From assembly GCF_001457615.1 (NCBI RefSeq), contig NZ_LN831024.1, positions 5,610,001 to 5,642,000 of the forward strand: a DNA stretch of 32,000 bases. Direction: 5' to 3'. The translations under genes and the position numbers were made by a program. Source of the DNA: Pseudomonas aeruginosa (GTDB taxonomy: Bacteria; Pseudomonadota; Gammaproteobacteria; Pseudomonadales; Pseudomonadaceae). Positions 27,738 through 32,000 of the stretch are shown here, piece after piece; the stretch's first letter is position 1; the number at the start of each line of letters is the position of its first letter. The notes beneath the pieces were generated by a model that worked only from the letters and a program-made list of their open reading frames with translations, ran no database searches and was not told where the DNA came from.

Positions 27738-28898
27738 TCAACGCAGCAACGGCCGCAGCAGTTCGCGGGAAACGATGTGCCGCTGGATTTCCGAAGTGCC
27801 CTCCCAGATCCGTTCGATCCGCGCGTTGCGCCAGATGCGCTCGACCGGTCCTTCATCCATCAGGCCCATGCCGCCGAAGATCTGCACCGCTTCGTCGGCG
27901 ACCTTGCCGAGGGTCTCGCTGGCGAACAGCTTGGCCATGCCGGCCTCGCCGTCGGTCATGGTGCCCTGGTCCATCTTCCAGGCGGTGTGCAGGGTCATCA
28001 GCTCGGCGGCGCGGATCTGCGTGGCCATGTCGGCGAGCTTGAAGGAAACGCCCTGGTAGCTGCCGATCGGCTGGCCGAACTGCTTGCGATCGGCCGCCCA
28101 GCGCAGCGACAGGTCGAGGGCGCGCTGGGCCTGGCCGACGCAGTTGGCGGCGACCATCACCCGTCCGGCGGTGAGCCAGGCGTTGGCCACTTCCCAGCCC
28201 TTGCCGACCTCGCCGAGCACCTTGGAGGCCGGCACCCGGCAATCGTCGAAGAAGATCTCGTAGGTGTGGTAGCCACGGTTGCTCACGCATTTCGGCCCGC
28301 GGCGCACGGTCATCCCGGGCGTGCCCTTGTCCACCAGGAAGGCGGTCACCGCGTTGCGCTTGCGGCCGTTGTGCTCGTAGCTGTCGGTGACGGCGAAGAC
28401 GATGGCGAAGTCGGCGTGCCCGGCGTGGCTGATGAAGTGCTTGCTACCGTTGATCACGAAGGCGTCGCCGTCGCGCACCGCGCGGGTCTTGATCGAATTG
28501 GCGTCGGAGCCGGCGCCCGGCTCGGTGAGGGCGAAGCAATCGGTCTTTTCGCCCTGCACGCAGGGCAACAGGTAGTCGCCGAGCTGTTCTCCGGTGCAGG
28601 CCATGAGGATCTTCGAGGGCCGCGCGACGAATACGTGGAGGGCCCAGGAGACCTTCGACAGCTCGCGTTCGACCAGCGCCTGGGACAGGTAGTCGAGGCC
28701 GCCGCCGCCCACTTCCTCGGGCATGTTGAAGGCATAGAAACCGGCGGCGAGGGCCTTGCCGCGAATCTGTGCGGCCAGCTCCGGCGACACCGCGTCGGCG
28801 CGGTCGACATCGTCCTCGTGGGGCAGCAGATCCTTCTCGACGAAGCTGCGCACCGCCTCGACCAGCATGTCCTGTTCCTGGGTCAGCCTGAAATCCAT
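27738..28898 (-). CDS. Acyl-CoA dehydrogenase
   Basis: 386 aa from ATG 28896-28898 (MDFRLTQEQDML) with AGGTGA 6 nt upstream. ACAD motifs CFALTEPGAGSD and the C-terminal IWEGTSEIQR. The track start (GTG 28907) is 3 codons longer. Confidence 0.9.
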   Translation of the reverse strand: MDFRLTQEQDMLVEAVRSFVEKDLLPHEDDVDRADAVSPELAAQIRGKALAAGFYAFNMPEEVGGGGLDYLSQALVERELSKVSWALHVFVARPSKILMACTGEQLGDYLLPCVQGEKTDCFALTEPGAGSDANSIKTRAVRDGDAFVINGSKHFISHAGHADFAIVFAVTDSYEHNGRKRNAVTAFLVDKGTPGMTVRRGPKCVSNRGYHTYEIFFDDCRVPASKVLGEVGKGWEVANAWLTAGRVMVAANCVGQAQRALDLSLRWAADRKQFGQPIGSYQGVSFKLADMATQIRAAELMTLHTAWKMDQGTMTDGEAGMAKLFASETLGKVADEAVQIFGGMGLMDEGPVERIWRNARIERIWEGTSEIQRHIVSRELLRPLLR

Positions 28899-28918
28899 GG
28901 GAATCACCTGCTCGGCGC

Positions 28919-29710
28919 CTAGCGCCCGCTGAATTGAGGGGAACGTTTCTCGGCCACGGCGCGCAGCGCCTCGGCGGCATCCTCGCTGCGCCCGCAGAGC
29001 AGCCCGGCGGCCTGCTCGGCCCGCAACTGCTCGGCCAGCGAGCGCCCGGCGCCGTCGCGCAGCAGGCGCTTGGTCTGGGCGAAGGCGAAGGTCGGGCCGC
29101 TGGCGAGACGCGCGGCGAAGGCGCCGACCGTCTCAACCAGGTGCTCGTCGGCGACCACCTCGCCGACCAGTCCGGCGCCCAGGGCTCGCTCCGCGCTCCA
29201 GGCTTCGTCGAGGAACAGCAGGCGCTTGGCCGCCTCGCTGCCAAGCAGCCGTGGCAGATGCCAACTGGCGCCGGCGTCCGGGCAGTAGGCCATGCCGGTG
29301 TAGCCGGCCTTGAAGCGCGCCGAGGCGGCGGCGATGCGGAAATCGCAGCACAGCGCCAGGTCCATGCCAGCGCCCACGGCGCTGCCGTTGACGGCGGCGA
29401 CTGTGGGTTTGTCAAGGGCGTGCAGGCGCCCCATCAGGGCGTGGGCGGCCTCGGTCCAGCCATAGCTTTCCAGCTCGCCACGGGCTTCAGCCGCCGCCCA
29501 TTCGGCGAGATCGGCCCCGGCGCAGAAGCTGCGTCCGCTGCCGCCGAGGACCACGGCGCGCACTGCCGGGTCGCGCTCGCAGGCATCGAGTCGGACGTGC
29601 AGGGCCTCCAGGGTGGGGATATCCAGTGCATTGCGCTGTTGCGGACGATTCAGGACGAGCCAGGCGATCCCGGCTTCGACCCGCGTCTGCAATGGGGAAA
29701 GGTCAGTCAT
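28919..29710 (-). CDS. Enoyl-CoA hydratase/isomerase (crotonase fold)
   Basis: 263 aa. Motifs VLNRPQQRNAL, FCAGADL and AAVNGSAVGAGMDLALCCDFRIA. RBS GAGG. Confidence 0.9.
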   Translation of the reverse strand: MTDLSPLQTRVEAGIAWLVLNRPQQRNALDIPTLEALHVRLDACERDPAVRAVVLGGSGRSFCAGADLAEWAAAEARGELESYGWTEAAHALMGRLHALDKPTVAAVNGSAVGAGMDLALCCDFRIAAASARFKAGYTGMAYCPDAGASWHLPRLLGSEAAKRLLFLDEAWSAERALGAGLVGEVVADEHLVETVGAFAARLASGPTFAFAQTKRLLRDGAGRSLAEQLRAEQAAGLLCGRSEDAAEALRAVAEKRSPQFSGR

Positions 29711-29913
29711 GCGGCCCTCGTTCTTATTGTTGGTTGATGGCGATCGCGGCTTTCAGGCAATACTAAACACTCGTTCAACAAGACCACAATCCACCCATTC
29801 GGGTGTATGTAACGGCCCTGCGGCAGGCGCAAAGCCACACGCCATGCGATCCGCCGAAAAGCGGCGAAGGCCCGCGCGAGCCGGCTGTTACAACTTCGAA
29901 CAAACCAACCAGG

Positions 29914-29948
29914 CGAAAACGAAAACGCCCGCCGGATGCGGCGGGCGT
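29914..29948 (-). terminator. Rho-independent terminator of the permease gene
   Basis: Perfect 10-bp stem (29925-29934 / 29939-29948) with loop GATG. The minus-strand RNA is followed by UUUUCGUUUUCG. It starts 21 nt after the stop. Confidence 0.82.
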
Positions 29949-29968
29949 CGGGTCCTGCGAATGGCCGT

Positions 29969-31381
29969 TCAGCCGGCCCGTCCCAGGGCGGGGTCGCCCA
30001 GTCCCTGCGGCTGCCGGCGACGAACCACGTAATAGGCCAGGTAGCAGGCGGCGATGAAGCCGAAGCCCCAGTACAAGGACGGCCGCTGGGTGGGATCGAG
30101 GGCGAGGAAGACGAACAGCGAGCAGCACACGGCGATGCAGGCCAACGGCACCAGCGGGAACAGCGGCGCGGCATATTTCAGCTCGGCGACCGTGCCGCCG
30201 CTGGCCATGTACTCGCGGCGGAAGCGGTATTGGGCGTAGGCGATGACGATCCAGGTGACGGTGCCGGACATCCCGCTCACCGCCATCAGCACCATGAACA
30301 GGGTGTCGGCGGCGACCACGCTGGTCAGCAACGAGAGCAGGGCGAAGCACAGGGTGATCAGCAACGCGTAGAGCGGCACGCCGCGCGCGCTGAGCTTCGA
30401 CAGGCCGCGCGGGGCCATGCCGGTCCTGGACATCGCCCAGAGGATCCGCGTCGAGGCGTACAGGCCCGAGTTGCCTACCGAGAGGATGGCGGTGAGGATG
30501 ACGAAGTTCATCAGGTCCGCCGCGTAGGGAATCCCGACCATGTCGAACACCTGCACGAACGGGCTTTCCATCAGCCCGGCCTGTTGCCAGGGAATGATGG
30601 CGGAAAGCACGACGATGGCCAGCACGTAGAAGATCAGTACGCGGAACACCACGTTGCGCACCGCCCGCGGGATGCTCTTCTCCGGTCGCTCGGTCTCGCC
30701 GGCGGCGACGCCCATGATCTCGCAACCCTGGAAGGCATAGACCACCGTCATCATCACCGCGAACACCGCCGACAGGCCGTTGGGGAACAGCCGCTCGCCG
30801 ACCAGGTTGGAGAACATCGGCGCCGGCGCACCGCTCTTCAGTTCGATACCGCCGAAGATCACCAGCCCCCCGACCACGATGAACACCAGGATCGCCGCCA
30901 CCTTGATCCCGGCGAACCAGTACTCGGCCTCGCCGAAGGCGCGGGTCGCCAGGGCATTGAGGGAGAACAGCACGACCACGAAGAAACCCGACCATAGCCA
31001 CACGGGCACCTCCGGGAACCAGCGGGTCATGAGCATCCCGGCCGCGGTGAATTCCAGGCCTACCGTGGAGGCCCAGCTCATCCAGTAGACCCAGCCGATC
31101 ATGAAGCCAGTCGCCGGGCCGATGAAACGCGTCGCGTGGGCCTGGAACGAACCGGAGACCGGCATCTGCACCGACAGCTCGCCGAGGCAGACCATCACCA
31201 GGTACATCAGCACCCCGGCCACCAGGTAGGCCAGCACCGCGCCGGCCGGGCCGCCCTGGTTGATGGTCACGCCGGAGCCCATGAACAGCCCGGTGCCGAT
31301 CACCCCGCCGAGGGACAGCATGAAGATGTGGCGGCTCGCCAGGGCCCGGGTGAGTTGCAGCCTTTCCTTGCCGTCAGCCAT
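29969..31381 (-). CDS. APC-family basic amino-acid permease (LysP-like)
   Basis: 470 aa with about 12 hydrophobic segments. Long stretches are collinear with E. coli LysP (GELSVQMPVSGSF, FGEAEYWFAGIKV, AAGETERPEKSIPRAVR, GNSGLYASTR). RBS GGAGG. Confidence 0.92.
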   Translation of the reverse strand: MADGKERLQLTRALASRHIFMLSLGGVIGTGLFMGSGVTINQGGPAGAVLAYLVAGVLMYLVMVCLGELSVQMPVSGSFQAHATRFIGPATGFMIGWVYWMSWASTVGLEFTAAGMLMTRWFPEVPVWLWSGFFVVVLFSLNALATRAFGEAEYWFAGIKVAAILVFIVVGGLVIFGGIELKSGAPAPMFSNLVGERLFPNGLSAVFAVMMTVVYAFQGCEIMGVAAGETERPEKSIPRAVRNVVFRVLIFYVLAIVVLSAIIPWQQAGLMESPFVQVFDMVGIPYAADLMNFVILTAILSVGNSGLYASTRILWAMSRTGMAPRGLSKLSARGVPLYALLITLCFALLSLLTSVVAADTLFMVLMAVSGMSGTVTWIVIAYAQYRFRREYMASGGTVAELKYAAPLFPLVPLACIAVCCSLFVFLALDPTQRPSLYWGFGFIAACYLAYYVVRRRQPQGLGDPALGRAG

Positions 31382-31494
31382 GGCGCACCTCCGGATGAGG
31401 GTACGCGCAGGGGTCTTCGAGATGGCTCATTATTCTTGTCTCCACTCTGTCAGAGGCCGTGTCTTGCGCACGGATGAGCGGATTATTGGCGGCG

Positions 31495-31543
31495 GATGTA
31501 AGACGCCGTTGAACGCGCGGATCGAAGATGTAAAAAGCTGTAA
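31495..31543. promoter_or_regulatory. Three direct TGTAA-core repeats upstream of the permease gene (candidate response-regulator sites)
   Basis: GATGTAA at 31495-31501 and 31527-31533, and GCTGTAA at 31537-31543. Spacing is 32 and 10 bp, 114-162 nt upstream of the ATG. Confidence 0.25.
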
Positions 31544-31564
31544 GGAAGTTGTTCGCCGCGCCGC

Positions 31565-32000
31565 TCAACCGGCCGCTGAGTCGGCTTCGCCGAGGAAGCC
31601 GGCGCGGCGCAGGGCCTCGGCGCCGTCGCGGCGCAGGCTACCCAGGCGTGCGCCCCAGGCCCGCGGGTCGACCCCGGCCGCGCCCAGGGCCTCGCGCTCC
31701 AGCTCGCCCAGGCCGGCGCCGAGCGCCACCAGGCCCATGGAGTGGCAGCTTCCGGACAGGCGATGGGCGATGTTCGCCGCCTCGGCCAGGTCCGCCTGGT
31801 CCAGGGCTTCGGCCAGCAGCGGCAACTGCTCGTCCAGGCTTCCCAGCAGGCTGCCCAGCAGTCCGGCGAGCTTGTGCCGCCCCAGCAGGCGGCGGTGGGT
31901 CTCGAGCATTTGCCGGTCCAGCGCGGCGTCCACCGCAAGCGCAGGCACGCTGGTGCCGACCTCGCCCAGCGCGCGGCGCAGCTCGTCCATCCGCAGGGGT
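31565..32000 (-). CDS. aruS: 3' end of a hybrid sensor histidine kinase (C-terminal Hpt domain); the gene continues beyond the window
   Basis: The frame is open to the right edge (..PLR precedes the track's MDELRR). The Hpt motif AHRLSGSCHSMGL has its His codon at 31763-31765. The symbol comes from remembered PAO1 context (PA4982) and is less certain than the domain call. Confidence 0.7.
   Translation of the reverse strand, partial: PLRMDELRRALGEVGTSVPALAVDAALDRQMLETHRRLLGRHKLAGLLGSLLGSLDEQLPLLAEALDQADLAEAANIAHRLSGSCHSMGLVALGAGLGELEREALGAAGVDPRAWGARLGSLRRDGAEALRRAGFLGEADSAAG

Overview
High-GC (visibly about two-thirds G+C, not computed) core chromosome of a gamma-proteobacterium. From memory, gene order and protein sequences match Pseudomonas aeruginosa PAO1 PA4958 to PA4982; no database search was run. 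I support 24 protein-coding genes. Left to right: a 5'-truncated hypothetical protein, fimX, serB, a YtjB/Smp-like membrane protein, a YdjM-like hydrolase and a PqiC-like lipoprotein. Next is a minus-strand string nudF, yqiB-like, cpdA, yqiA-like, parE, two exported proteins and parC. Then come a DUF3298-type lipoprotein, thiC behind a TPP riboswitch, and opmH (TolC homologue). A minus-strand string follows: enoyl-CoA hydratase, acyl-CoA dehydrogenase, ADP-forming acyl-CoA synthetase, aruI, aruH and an NAD(P)H quinone oxidoreductase. The window ends with a LysP-like permease and the Hpt-domain 3' end of a sensor kinase. I found no rRNA, tRNA, CRISPR array, IS element, integrase, prophage or recognisable defence system, and no compositional island. 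This is ordinary core genome, not an accessory region, and I see no clear novel system. Many longest-ORF calls in the track overshoot the true start, and many long ORFs are antisense or alternate-frame shadows typical of high-GC DNA. The observations most worth a second look are: (1) two exported proteins, a beta-propeller and a membrane-anchored retropepsin-like protease, joined by overlapping stop/start codons between parE and parC; (2) the YtjB-like protein carrying a HAMP-like segment, an acidic linker and what reads as a degenerate class III cyclase-homology domain; (3) a possible degenerate PilZ-like domain in the gene directly upstream of fimX; (4) an uncharacterised CoA-ligase/dehydrogenase/hydratase trio strung with aruHI, with related CCCTC/GAGGG hairpins and a shared TTACAT motif in the two upstream regions; (5) a 290-nt hairpin-dense non-coding gap downstream of parC. 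All functional calls rest on motif recognition and remembered homology.
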